44,804 nucleotides of DNA from a virus (taxonomy: Duplodnaviria; Caudoviricetes), in the IMG/VR virus record IMGVR_UViG_3300011441_000001, positions 1-44,804 of that record. One strand, written 5' to 3'. The notes beneath the pieces are model-generated. The model searched no databases and was not told the origin of the DNA. It saw only the letters and a program-made list of their open reading frames with translations. Of the stretch, positions 26,740 to 35,566 are shown piece by piece. Made by a program: the position numbers and the translations under genes. Each line of letters begins with the position of its first letter. Position 1 is the first letter of the stretch.

Positions 26740-27077
26740 GCCGCGCCCGCCCGATGAGCGCGACCTTCCGTGAGCTGATCTACCTCTTCGCCGGCCTCGG
26801 AGGCCCGGGTGTTGAGACTCCAGCCCCTGGGACTGTGCGCCAACGGCGCCAGCTGAAGCGGATGGGCAAACGTGAGCAGCTGCGCGGCGCCGGGGAGCTG
26901 ACCCACGGCGCCACCGGGTTACCAGTTCGCCACCCCCGCCCACCCCGGTACACCTTCGCCCAGATGCGCGGGTCGATCACCACCCACCAGGCCGCCCACT
27001 GCCCGCCGTGCCCTGACCACGACCGGCCACGGCTGCACCGTGTACCTAAACCAGCGGTGGTGTCCGATGCCGACTAG
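26736..27077 (+). CDS. Hypothetical basic protein
   Basis: Coupled overlap; HCPPCPDH. Confidence 0.55.
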   Translation: MSRARPMSATFRELIYLFAGLGGPGVETPAPGTVRQRRQLKRMGKREQLRGAGELTHGATGLPVRHPRPPRYTFAQMRGSITTHQAAHCPPCPDHDRPRLHRVPKPAVVSDAD

Positions 27078-27594
27078 CCGTTCTGATGTGGTCTGGCGCA
27101 CGACCCTGCTCGGTGTCGCTTTCCTCACGACGATCGTCGCCGCCAACTGGGCCATAGGCGAGTTCGGATTGGTCCCGGTCGGCTTCGGACTGGTCGCTCC
27201 GGCTGGCGTTGCGTTCGCTGGGCTCGCATTCACCCTGCGGGACCTACTCCACGACGCATCCGGCCGGCGGGCTGTGCTCGTCGCGATCCTGGTTGGTGCT
27301 GGGCTGTCGTTCGCCGTAGCGCCGCCCGCTGTCGCACTGGCGTCGGGGCTTGCCTTCGGTCTGTCCGAAGCGGCCGACATGGCCGTCTATACGCCGTTGC
27401 GCCACCGCCGCTGGCTGTTGGCCGTGGGTCTGTCCAACGTCGCCGGGTTGATCGTCGACTCGGTGCTGTTTCTGTGGATCGCGTTCGGGTCGCTGGAGTT
27501 CCTGCCCGGGCAGATCGTCGGCAAGACGTGGATGACCTTGCTCGCGCTCGCAGTGCTTATAACGCTACGCCGTCGTCGGATGGTGACGGCATGA
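27067..27594 (+). CDS. yhhQ: VUT/YhhQ-family 7-deazaguanine (queuosine precursor) transporter
   Basis: TIVAANW, APAG..FAGLAFTLRD, ASGLAFGLSEAAD..VY, SN..G..VDS.LFL.IAF, GQ..GK. Confidence 0.85.
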   Translation: MPTSRSDVVWRTTLLGVAFLTTIVAANWAIGEFGLVPVGFGLVAPAGVAFAGLAFTLRDLLHDASGRRAVLVAILVGAGLSFAVAPPAVALASGLAFGLSEAADMAVYTPLRHRRWLLAVGLSNVAGLIVDSVLFLWIAFGSLEFLPGQIVGKTWMTLLALAVLITLRRRRMVTA

Positions 27595-28388
27595 TCTTCT
27601 ATCTTGGCTGTCACATGCCGTCCTGGTTGGAGCGGGTCGACTTCCCCCTGTTCGTCTCCCGCACCCGGCTCACCCGCCGCAAGAGCCTGCCACGAGCCCG
27701 AGCGTCGTGGGCGTTGGACTCGGGTGGGTTCACCCAACTCGACACCCTTGGCCGCTGGACCGTGACCACCGACCAGTACGCGGCCGAAGTCCGCCGCTAC
27801 CGCGACGAGATCGGCAACCTGGCATGGGCCGCACCGATGGACTGGATGTGCGAGCCACGCGTACGCGCCCGGACCGGACTGTCGGTAGCCGAGCACCAAC
27901 GCCGAACGGTGGACAACTATCTGACCCTGCGCCAAGCCGCGCCGGACCTGCCGTTCATTGCGGTGCTGCAAGGCTGGGAACTGGCCGACTATTTGCGCTG
28001 CGTCGAACTGTATGCAGATGCATGGGTCGACCTGAGCGCTATGCCGCTGGTCGGGTTGGGGTCGGTGTGCCGGCGGCAAGCCACCGGAGAGATCGGCGCG
28101 ATTGTCACCGCCCTATCGATGCGGGGGATCGCGCTGCACGGCTTCGGTGTCAAGTCCGCCGGGCTGCGGTCCTACTCGGCGTATCTGACCTCAGCCGACT
28201 CAATGTCGTGGTCCTACCGGGGTCGGCGCACCAAACCATGCGCACATGGGCCGGCCACGTCGGAAGCCAACTGTCCCGAGTTCGCCCGGGCATGGCGCGG
28301 GCGGGTTCTTGCCGCATGCCGCTTCGGTCAGCTTGACCTTTTCGCGGCTGGCGCCCTGCACCGCTACCCGACCGAGGCTCAGCCGTGA
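27591..28388 (+). CDS. dpdA: DpdA-like TGT-fold transglycosylase (putative deazaguanine DNA modification)
   Basis: LDSGGF, PMDWMCEP, VLQG, VGLGSV, LHGFG and ADSMSW TGT-family motifs; coupled to yhhQ. Confidence 0.8.
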   Translation: MIFYLGCHMPSWLERVDFPLFVSRTRLTRRKSLPRARASWALDSGGFTQLDTLGRWTVTTDQYAAEVRRYRDEIGNLAWAAPMDWMCEPRVRARTGLSVAEHQRRTVDNYLTLRQAAPDLPFIAVLQGWELADYLRCVELYADAWVDLSAMPLVGLGSVCRRQATGEIGAIVTALSMRGIALHGFGVKSAGLRSYSAYLTSADSMSWSYRGRRTKPCAHGPATSEANCPEFARAWRGRVLAACRFGQLDLFAAGALHRYPTEAQP

Positions 28389-28576
28389 ACACGTGCGGGT
28401 GGTGCCTCGAAGCGTCCGGCTGGTGTGAGCGCACCGGCGGTACGAATCCGTGTGAAGGGCAAGGCGAGTACGACCTGATGCTCGCCGACCTTCACGCGGC
28501 CCCGATCGTCGTGGTGACGGTGCCGCGACCTGGTCGTGGGGCGGTGACGGCGCCCCCGCACCGCCCCACCCCATGA
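28385..28576 (+). CDS. Hypothetical Cys-rich protein
   Basis: GTGA overlap; CGWC..C..C. Confidence 0.5.
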   Translation: MNTCGWCLEASGWCERTGGTNPCEGQGEYDLMLADLHAAPIVVVTVPRPGRGAVTAPPHRPTP

Positions 28577-28628
28577 GCCGGGGCCGCGCCGAATGACTGG
28601 ACCTCGGCCGGCGCGGCCCCACCAAACC
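28569..28628 (+). repeat. Hairpin repeat, copy 1
   Basis: Perfect 12-bp stem 28580-28591/28609-28620; flanks CCCCATGAGCC and ACCAAACC shared with copy 2. Confidence 0.8.
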
Positions 28629-28648
28629 CACCCAACGGAGGAGACGAA

Positions 28649-28834
28649 GTGTCCACAGCAGACACCGGCACCAGGGCGCCGGAACAGGTCATGTGCGGAT
28701 GGTTCGCCATGTGCTACGAGCCCGCCACCACCACCCGGCACCACCCCATCGTCGGCGCCGTACCGATCTGCGCCCGGTGTGAGCGCTGGTACGGGGAGCT
28801 GGACTCCATCCGGCCACGGCCAACAGACAGCTAA
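28649..28834 (+). CDS. Small Zn-finger-like protein
   Basis: GGAGG RBS; CGWFAMC...HPIVGAVPICARC. Confidence 0.7.
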   Translation: MSTADTGTRAPEQVMCGWFAMCYEPATTTRHHPIVGAVPICARCERWYGELDSIRPRPTDS

Positions 28835-28835
28835 C

Positions 28836-28927
28836 CCCCATGAGCCGGGGGCCGCGTTGTTGAGGGGTGGCGCGGCCCCCACCTAACCGGGGTGGTGCCC
28901 GCTACTCGCAGTCTCGGGCACCACCCC
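28836..28927 (+). repeat. Hairpin repeat, copy 2, plus an adjacent 13-bp hairpin
   Basis: Stem 28847-28856/28871-28880; second stem 28889-28901/28915-28927. Confidence 0.8.
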
Positions 28928-28962
28928 CTCACCCCAGACAGACCAGTTAGGAGCGAGAAGAC

Positions 28963-29505
28963 ATGGCAACGCAAACCACAGACCAGCAGGCCGACACCGA
29001 CACCGTCGACCCCACCCTCCGGCAGGCCATCTACCAGCTACTACCCGCGCCGAACGGCGACGGCATCACCGTCTTCGACATCCTCTACGAGCTGCGCCGC
29101 GACTCCAGGCCGATCAACGACGGCTGGGGCGGGCTGGACCGGGCCACCATCCGGGAGCACCTCGCCGCCCTGACCGTCGAAGGCCTGGCCACGTCCACAC
29201 GGGTAGCCAGTCATCAAACCCTTTGGCGGCGCACGGCCGACCGAACGGCAGACGTGGCCGTCGCCCTCGGAAACGCCGGCCAGGTCATCACGTGGTGGGT
29301 TGCGACCCGCCGCAGCGGCATCGAGTACCACATACAAGCCCCGTGCCCGGAGCCCATGTGCGGTGACCCGTGGTGCCGGGAGGTGACCCTGTGCGGCCGG
29401 TCGATGCGCACCGGCGAACTACTCGACGCTGTCGTACTCGACGACCTCGGCGCCACACCCTGCGACCGGTGCGCCGCCCTGTCACGGTGCCGCGACGCGT
29501 CATGA
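28963..29505 (+). CDS. Hypothetical protein (winged-HTH-like N-terminus, Cys-rich C-terminus)
   Basis: AGGAG RBS; ITVFDILYEL...RATIREHLAALTVEGLA; TLCG...CDRC. Confidence 0.65.
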   Translation: MATQTTDQQADTDTVDPTLRQAIYQLLPAPNGDGITVFDILYELRRDSRPINDGWGGLDRATIREHLAALTVEGLATSTRVASHQTLWRRTADRTADVAVALGNAGQVITWWVATRRSGIEYHIQAPCPEPMCGDPWCREVTLCGRSMRTGELLDAVVLDDLGATPCDRCAALSRCRDAS

Positions 29506-29598
29506 GTGTCCAGGCGTTGGCGACGTGGTCGTGGTAGATCGCACACCGGCAAACATCAGTCATGGGTCACGACCTGCCCCGCACCGCCAAGTAGAGCT

Positions 29599-29644
29599 GG
29601 CGCCGGTGTGCTGCTGAGCCCACTGAGTCCGGTACACCGGCGCC
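29599..29644 (+). other. Hairpin upstream of the sigma gene
   Basis: GGCGCCGGTGT/ACACCGGCGCC 11-bp stem. Confidence 0.6.
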
Positions 29645-29687
29645 CCCACCACCAACCCTCATCCGAGCAGACGGGAGAACACACAGA

Positions 29688-30308
29688 ATGCTCGCCACCA
29701 CAACCCGACCGCCCGTACCACCCCAACGCCGCCACCCCGACACCGAAGCCGCCGCGTTGGCGTCGTACGCCCTCGTCCAGCAAGCCCAAGCCGGCGACCA
29801 GGCTGCGTTCGGCCTGATCTACGGCCGGTATGCGGACGTGGTGTTCCGGTTCATCTACTTCCGGGTGGGTAGCCGGCCGCTGGCCGAGGATCTGACGGCC
29901 GACACGTTCTTGCGCGCCCTCAAGCGCATAGGCAGCTTCACCTGGCAGGGCCGCGACCTGGGCGCCTGGCTGGTGACCATCGCCCGGAACCTGGTCGTCG
30001 ACCATTTCAAGTCTGTCCGGTACCGGCTGGAACGCCTCTCCGACGGTGAGGACCACGTCGAGCTGGCGGAGTGGGACCGGGACGCGGCCGACGTGGTCAT
30101 CGAGCAGGGCCTGTCAGCGGCGATACGGGCCGCCCTCGGCCAGCTCACCGCGGAGCAACGCCGGGTGATCGTCTGCCGGTTCTTGCATGGCCTTTCGGTG
30201 CTGGAGACCGCTGCCGCGGTGGGTATCAGCGAGGGTGCTTGTAAGGCGGTGCAGTACCGGGCGGTGCGTGCCCTGGCACGGGTGCCCGGATTGGCGGCCT
30301 GGCGATGA
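29688..30308 (+). CDS. bldN: ECF sigma factor, BldN/AdsA family
   Basis: AEDLTADTFLRALKRIGSFTWQGRDLGAWLVTIARNLVVDHFKS.RYRLE and RFLHGLSVLETA...EGACKAVQYRAVRALAR match the BldN signature. Confidence 0.92.
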   Translation: MLATTTRPPVPPQRRHPDTEAAALASYALVQQAQAGDQAAFGLIYGRYADVVFRFIYFRVGSRPLAEDLTADTFLRALKRIGSFTWQGRDLGAWLVTIARNLVVDHFKSVRYRLERLSDGEDHVELAEWDRDAADVVIEQGLSAAIRAALGQLTAEQRRVIVCRFLHGLSVLETAAAVGISEGACKAVQYRAVRALARVPGLAAWR

Positions 30309-30718
30309 ACGGCACACGAACCGCTGAGGGCCGGGCCAGGACCGCCGTCGATCACCCGCACGGCAGCAACACCCGCTACCGCAACGGGTGCCGATGCGGA
30401 CCATGCCGGACCGCGGCCACCGAATACGCCCGGCAGGTCCGGCAAGCCAAGCAGGGCTTACCTGCCGGTGATCCCCGGCACGGCACCGCAAACGGGTACG
30501 ACCACTGGCGCTGCCGCTGCGGGCCCTGCAACACGGCCAAGCACGCCCGTCGCAACCCCAGGCAGCTGATGGTCGCCGGAGACGGGGACCATCGTCACGG
30601 CACACACAACGGCTACTCGCACCACAGGTGCCGTTGCGAGCGGTGCCTGTCCGCCGGCCGCGCCTACAGCCGGGCAAAGTACCGCCGGCTCCACCCCGTT
30701 AGTGGTGGTGCGTCGTGA
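30305..30718 (+). CDS. Protein with three HG-x4-Y-x3/4-CRC-x2-C repeats
   Basis: HGSNTRYRNGCRCGPC, HGTANGYDHWRCRCGPC, HGTHNGYSHHRCRCERC. Confidence 0.75.
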   Translation: MNGTRTAEGRARTAVDHPHGSNTRYRNGCRCGPCRTAATEYARQVRQAKQGLPAGDPRHGTANGYDHWRCRCGPCNTAKHARRNPRQLMVAGDGDHRHGTHNGYSHHRCRCERCLSAGRAYSRAKYRRLHPVSGGAS

Positions 30719-30828
30719 TGTGGATGCAGGCGTTGGCCGGGTTCGGGCTGCTGCTCCTCGCTACCGCACTGGTGGCCGCGTGGGCTGATACGCGGCGGGC
30801 AGCACACGACGACCGAGGGCCGCGGTGA
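30718..30828 (+). CDS. 36-aa membrane peptide (not in the ORF track)
   Basis: MWMQALAGFGLLLLATALVAAWAD...; overlaps on both sides. Confidence 0.55.
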   Translation: MWMQALAGFGLLLLATALVAAWADTRRAAHDDRGPR

Positions 30829-31022
30829 TCTGGATGGTCCATATCTTCAAAGCCGCGCCTGAGGCCCGGGCGTCCTGCGACGAGCCCAACTGCACCGTCC
30901 TGTCGGTCTTCGCCAGTCGCCATCGGGTACTGGTGCACGCGCAGCACACCGGCCACACCGCCCGGTACGTGGTGGAGACCGCCACCGTTTACCGGCCGGC
31001 GAAACCTGAGGTGCCGCGATGA
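30825..31022 (+). CDS. Small Cys/His protein
   Basis: CDEPNC...HAQHTGH. Confidence 0.6.
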   Translation: MIWMVHIFKAAPEARASCDEPNCTVLSVFASRHRVLVHAQHTGHTARYVVETATVYRPAKPEVPR

Positions 31023-31456
31023 CGTACGCGGTCCTGCTGTCCCGACCAAACCGGGACCCCTACGTGTACGGCCCGTTCGGCGACCGGACCCTGGCCGCCC
31101 AGTTCGCCGCGTTCCTGCGGGCCGAGGTCGACCCGGCCGTGGTCGTGGAGGTCCTCTCCCCGGTGAGGGAGCTGCTCTGCTGGCGGGAAGGCATAAAGAT
31201 CGAGCAGGCCCATCAGCGGGCAGCCGAACAGGCCAAGACCCCGGAGTATTGGCCGCCGAAGCCAGGCGACACCTGGCAAGACCGGGTGGGCGACCGGTGG
31301 TGCTGCCAGCAAGACGGCACCCTGGCGTGCCTGGCCGTCAAAGGGATCGGACGGCCCGACGACACCGCTACGGAGATCGCCCGCGTGTACGGGCCGATGC
31401 GGCTGGTGTACCGGCCCGAGCCGACCAATCGATATCGTTGTGAGGTGCCGGGATGA
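31019..31456 (+). CDS. Hypothetical protein
   Basis: WPPKPGDTWQD...YGPMRLVYR; coupled overlaps. Confidence 0.65.
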   Translation: MTYAVLLSRPNRDPYVYGPFGDRTLAAQFAAFLRAEVDPAVVVEVLSPVRELLCWREGIKIEQAHQRAAEQAKTPEYWPPKPGDTWQDRVGDRWCCQQDGTLACLAVKGIGRPDDTATEIARVYGPMRLVYRPEPTNRYRCEVPG

Positions 31457-32487
31457 CCATCTTCGCCGTCACATCGGTGCCGCTGACCTCACACGGGGCC
31501 CGCCAATCCGTGGCCCTGTTCGGCGCCTCACCCCGCACCACCGCGGTGCCAGTCCTACCCGCCTCTCAGTACGGCACCCCCGAGTGGCTGGCCGAACGCC
31601 GGTACATGATCGGCGCCTCTGAGATGGCCGCCGTCCTCGGGCTAAGCCCCCACGCCTCCCCGTTCTCCCTGTGGTGGGCCAAACGGGAAGGCTGGGAGCT
31701 GGAGCAGACACTCGGCATGAGGATCGGTCACCTCCTCGAGCCGGTCGTCGCCGGCCTGTTCGCCGAGCTGCGCCCCGATCTGCTGGTGTGCCGGTCCAAC
31801 ACGTCGCTGTGGCGCCACCCGCACCTGGCGTGGATGGGCTGCACCCCCGATTACCTCGGGGTCCGGAGCCAACCGGAGGGCCTACCGACGGTCGAACCGA
31901 TTGAGATCAAAACTGATGAGGGCGGGTCGGGCTGGGGGCCGGCTGGTAGCGGCGAGGTGCCGGTACACCACCGGGTGCAGGTGCGCCAGCAGTGTGTGGT
32001 GTTCGGCGCCGACCGGGGGCACCTGGTGCGGCTGGCCGGTAAGCGACTGACTGCCTATGTGATCGAGTGCGATACCGCCGCGCTGGTCGAGGTGGGCGAG
32101 TGGGTCACGCAGGGCGAGGCGTTCGTGAAGTCGCTGATGGACGGCGACCCGCCCGACATCGACGGCCACAAGGCCACCACTGAGACGCTGGAGCGGCTGC
32201 ACCCGGGCCCGGACCCCGACGCCTCCACCTTCGTGGAGGACGAACTAGCGGCTCAGTACGAGTGGGCCGAAGGCGAGTACAAGGCCGCGAAACAGGTCCG
32301 GGAGCAGGCGAAGAACCTGGTACGCCACGCATTGGGTGACGCCCGGTACGGGGCGGTCGCCTCGACCGGACGGCGGTTCGTGGACCGGCGGGTCTACAAA
32401 CGACGGGCCTACGAGGTCGCAGCGTCCATGGTGGACGCCCTATATCCAGTGAAGCAACGGAAGGACACCCCCGGTGGCAACAGCTAG
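31453..32487 (+). CDS. YqaJ/RecE-like exonuclease
   Basis: EWLAERR..IGASE, G..LEP, CTPD, IEIKT, QVRQQ; adjacent to recT. Confidence 0.9.
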   Translation: MTIFAVTSVPLTSHGARQSVALFGASPRTTAVPVLPASQYGTPEWLAERRYMIGASEMAAVLGLSPHASPFSLWWAKREGWELEQTLGMRIGHLLEPVVAGLFAELRPDLLVCRSNTSLWRHPHLAWMGCTPDYLGVRSQPEGLPTVEPIEIKTDEGGSGWGPAGSGEVPVHHRVQVRQQCVVFGADRGHLVRLAGKRLTAYVIECDTAALVEVGEWVTQGEAFVKSLMDGDPPDIDGHKATTETLERLHPGPDPDASTFVEDELAAQYEWAEGEYKAAKQVREQAKNLVRHALGDARYGAVASTGRRFVDRRVYKRRAYEVAASMVDALYPVKQRKDTPGGNS

Positions 32488-33403
32488 AGGACAGACGATC
32501 GCGCCCGCGGCGGGCACCGATATTGCGCAACGCGGCAAGGGCACCCTAACCGATTTCATCGAGACCTACCAGGGTGACTTCGCTCGGGTCATGCCACCGC
32601 ACGTGTCCGTCGAGGCGTTCGTTGGTCTCGCCGCCGCCTACGTGCGCCGTGATAAGAAGCTACGGGAGGCGGCCTCCATCAACCCGGCGTCGCTGATCCT
32701 GGCCCTGCGCGAGTGCGCGGCCCTGGGCCACACACCTGTGCCTAAAGTGTTCGCGTTGGCGCCGTTCAACGACAAGAACGCTCCCGGCGGGAAGTCCATT
32801 GTGGGCATCGAGACGTACCACGGTGTGATTGAGCGGATGTACCGGGCCGGTGGGGTCCAGGCGGTCAAGAGCGAGCTGGTGCGGGTCAACGACCGGTTCG
32901 GGTGGGACCCGATGCGGCAGGCCGTGACGCGCCACGAGTACGACCCGTTTGCCACCACCAAAGACCGCGGGGAGCTGGCCGGTACGTACGCCTGGGCGGT
33001 GCTGTTCAACGGCGCCAACTCCCAGGTCGTCTGGCTCAACCGGGAGGAGGTCATGAAACACAAGGCGGTGGCGAAGACCGACGCGTTCTGGACCGGGCCG
33101 TGGGAGCCGGACATGTGGCGCAAGACCGGCCTGCACGTGCTGGAACGTTACGTGCCAACGTCGGCGGCGTACCGGTGGGAGGTGGCGATGTCCTCAGCCG
33201 GGGCCGCGACCGGCTTCACTGGTATCCCAGACCGGGGGCCGGGGGACTACGGGCCGAGCCCGGATGACGCCGTGTACGAGGCCGAGATCGTCGACGAGCG
33301 ACCAGCCTCTCCGGCTGCGGCGGGTGCTGGCCCGGAGGAGTCGAAGCCGGCCGACTGGCCAGCCGTGCGCACACCCGGCGAGTCCATCGCAGGCCAGCCG
33401 TGA
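32474..33403 (+). CDS. recT: RecT-family ssDNA annealing protein
   Basis: SLILALRECAALG, YHGVIERMYRAG, DMWRKT..H.L.RY.P.S. Confidence 0.88.
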   Translation: MATARGQTIAPAAGTDIAQRGKGTLTDFIETYQGDFARVMPPHVSVEAFVGLAAAYVRRDKKLREAASINPASLILALRECAALGHTPVPKVFALAPFNDKNAPGGKSIVGIETYHGVIERMYRAGGVQAVKSELVRVNDRFGWDPMRQAVTRHEYDPFATTKDRGELAGTYAWAVLFNGANSQVVWLNREEVMKHKAVAKTDAFWTGPWEPDMWRKTGLHVLERYVPTSAAYRWEVAMSSAGAATGFTGIPDRGPGDYGPSPDDAVYEAEIVDERPASPAAAGAGPEESKPADWPAVRTPGESIAGQP

Positions 33404-33542
33404 CCGCCGGTAAGCACCGCGGCCGCCGTCAGCCCGTCCGGGAATGGGTCAGTCTCGCCCCAGCCATCGGCCGGGTACTCCTGTGCTGTCTCGCCGCGGT
33501 GTTCCCCGCCCTGGACCGCACGACCATACCGGCAGGCCGGCT

Positions 33543-33710
33543 ATGAGCTACCACCTCGACCAGGCCCAGCGCGAGCTAGAAGGATGCGAGCGCGCCTATG
33601 ACCGGCTGGAGCGGCAGATGGACAAGCTGGAGCGGGAGAACGGTGACCTGAAGGCCGAGGTGGTCAGGTTGCGCATGGCCTTATCCGCATACGAGGTGAT
33701 GGAACCGTGA
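33543..33710 (+). CDS. Small coiled-coil protein
   Basis: Heptad pattern; coupled overlaps. Confidence 0.6.
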   Translation: MSYHLDQAQRELEGCERAYDRLERQMDKLERENGDLKAEVVRLRMALSAYEVMEP

Positions 33711-34069
33711 CCCGCCCGATAGCAGCAGCCGATCCGGGGACCTGGCACCGGGTGCAGCCCCCCGAGATCATGCGCGTCCAATACCCGGACACCCAGGTGT
33801 GGCAACGTGACGTCGCCGACGGGCACCTGTCGGTCTTCGTCGGCCGGGAACCCGCCGACGATCGGGGGAGGTGGCTGTGGCACTTGTCGATCTCACATCG
33901 CACCAACACACACCCGCCGACACCCGTGCGTTACCCGACCTGGGATGAGATCCGCGAGGCGCGGTACAGGTTCGTCCCGGATGAGGTGACGATGGCGTTG
34001 CTGCTGCCACCGGCCGCCGCGTACGTCAATGTTCACGAGACCACATTCCACCTGTGGGAGGTGGTGTAA
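33707..34069 (+). CDS. Conserved phage protein (HLSIS...PTWDE...YVNVH...HLW)
   Basis: His-rich motif widespread in phage early regions. Confidence 0.75.
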   Translation: MTRPIAAADPGTWHRVQPPEIMRVQYPDTQVWQRDVADGHLSVFVGREPADDRGRWLWHLSISHRTNTHPPTPVRYPTWDEIREARYRFVPDEVTMALLLPPAAAYVNVHETTFHLWEVV

Positions 34070-34072
34070 GCC

Positions 34073-34513
34073 GTGAAGCTGATCTTTCGGCATGCGACCC
34101 GCGGCGGGCACGTCCACATCGGAGTGTGGTCAGGTAACGGAACCGTCGGCAAAAACGGGGACCTGATCTTCCGGCCGGAAGAATGGGAAGCCCTGAAGTC
34201 CACCATCCTCGACGGTGCACGGCAGACCCGCCAGCTGGTCGAGTTCGTGGCCCTGCCGGGTGGGCCCGACGCTGGGCGGGCCAGCACCCTAACCGCCGGC
34301 ACCCTCACCGCCGAGGAGCACCGGGCCATGGAACTCACCGCCGAGCTGTGGGACGCCGTGGCTGGACTGGCCGGGGAAGGCTCACCCCGCAACAGTGACC
34401 TGGCCGAGCTGCGGCAGCACATCCACGCGGTCCAGCACACCATTCTGGCCCAGGCCGCTGCGCGGGCGTACCCGGACCGGTACCGGCTCCTCGGCTGGCC
34501 GGTGCCCCGATGA
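34073..34513 (+). CDS. Hypothetical two-module protein
   Basis: N-terminal GGHVHIGVW module; C-terminal helical HIHAVQHTILAQAAAR module. Confidence 0.65.
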   Translation: MKLIFRHATRGGHVHIGVWSGNGTVGKNGDLIFRPEEWEALKSTILDGARQTRQLVEFVALPGGPDAGRASTLTAGTLTAEEHRAMELTAELWDAVAGLAGEGSPRNSDLAELRQHIHAVQHTILAQAAARAYPDRYRLLGWPVPR

Positions 34514-34773
34514 GCTACCAGACCGCGGCGTACGACGACCCGACGGACGACGGCCAGCCGGTCGTGGTCCTCGTCGCCCGAGGCAGCCACGACGTATCAC
34601 GGCTCATCAACCTACTCACCAGCGGTCGGCACCCAACCTGCGAGCAGGTCGCACTAGGCGCTCATATTCTGAAGCAGGTCAAACGACACAACGGTGGTCG
34701 GGCCGCGTTGCGGCTACTCAAAGCCCACGGCGGCCCGGACCTGCTCGAGCCCGTGGGCGAGGCACAACCATGA
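34510..34773 (+). CDS. Hypothetical protein
   Basis: Coupled overlaps. Confidence 0.6.
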   Translation: MSYQTAAYDDPTDDGQPVVVLVARGSHDVSRLINLLTSGRHPTCEQVALGAHILKQVKRHNGGRAALRLLKAHGGPDLLEPVGEAQP

Positions 34774-35381
34774 CCGCGATCATGGGTCTCGATCTGTCGC
34801 TGTCCGCTACCGGACTGGCCACCTGGTACAGCGCCGACCACGACCGCACCCCACGAGTCGCCACCATCCGCACGCCGGCGGACTGGCCAGACGAAGGCCG
34901 GTGGGAGAAGATCGCCGGCACCGTGTGGCGGACCATCGCCGAAAACGGCCCCGACCCGTTCCGGACCCTGATCGTGGTTGAGGGCCGCATCAACATCCGC
35001 GGCCGGGCCGAACTGGTCGGCGGCAAGGCGAGGATCACCGGGGCGCGGGGCGACACCACCCTGGACCTGGCCGAGCTGCGTGGTGTCATCCGGTACGGGC
35101 TGTGGCGCCGCGGCGTCCCCGTCGCAGTGGTGCACCCCGCCACCCTGAAAAGGTTCGCCACCGGCAACGGTGCTGCGAACAAGGAGACCATGGTCCTTGC
35201 GGCCGAACGGCGCCTGGGCGCGGTGTGTCCGATCAGCAACAACAACGAAGCCGACGCGCTTTGGCTTTTGTCGATGGCGTTGCACCACCACGGCCGTCCA
35301 TTGTGCCCGATGCCGGCCAAGAACGTGGAGGCGCTGGCGTCGGTGACCTGGCCCAACTGGCGAATCGAGGAGAAAGCATGA
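34770..35381 (+). CDS. RuvC-like Holliday junction resolvase
   Basis: IMGLDLSLSATG, VVEG, PATLKRFATGNG.ANK, NEADA. Confidence 0.88.
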   Translation: MTAIMGLDLSLSATGLATWYSADHDRTPRVATIRTPADWPDEGRWEKIAGTVWRTIAENGPDPFRTLIVVEGRINIRGRAELVGGKARITGARGDTTLDLAELRGVIRYGLWRRGVPVAVVHPATLKRFATGNGAANKETMVLAAERRLGAVCPISNNNEADALWLLSMALHHHGRPLCPMPAKNVEALASVTWPNWRIEEKA

Positions 35382-35566
35382 ATGAGATTGACACCACCAA
35401 TGACCATCTGGTCGGCATGAGGGGCGACCAGGTCGTGATCGTCTTGCCACCAATGGCGCCGATGGGCCACGACGAAGCGCTACGCCTAGCCGCGTGGCTC
35501 GTCGCAGTGGCCGACCCGCTGGGCGACGACTTCGACACGGTCCGCAAGGCGGTGCTCAGCACGTGA
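35378..35566 (+). CDS. Hypothetical protein
   Basis: GAGGAG RBS; EALRLAAWLVAVAD. Confidence 0.65.
   Translation: MNEIDTTNDHLVGMRGDQVVIVLPPMAPMGHDEALRLAAWLVAVADPLGDDFDTVRKAVLST

Noticed and set aside
34290-34513. Acb2/Tad-type nucleotide sponge
   Set aside because: Only a generic helical-hairpin resemblance; signature residues not recognised.
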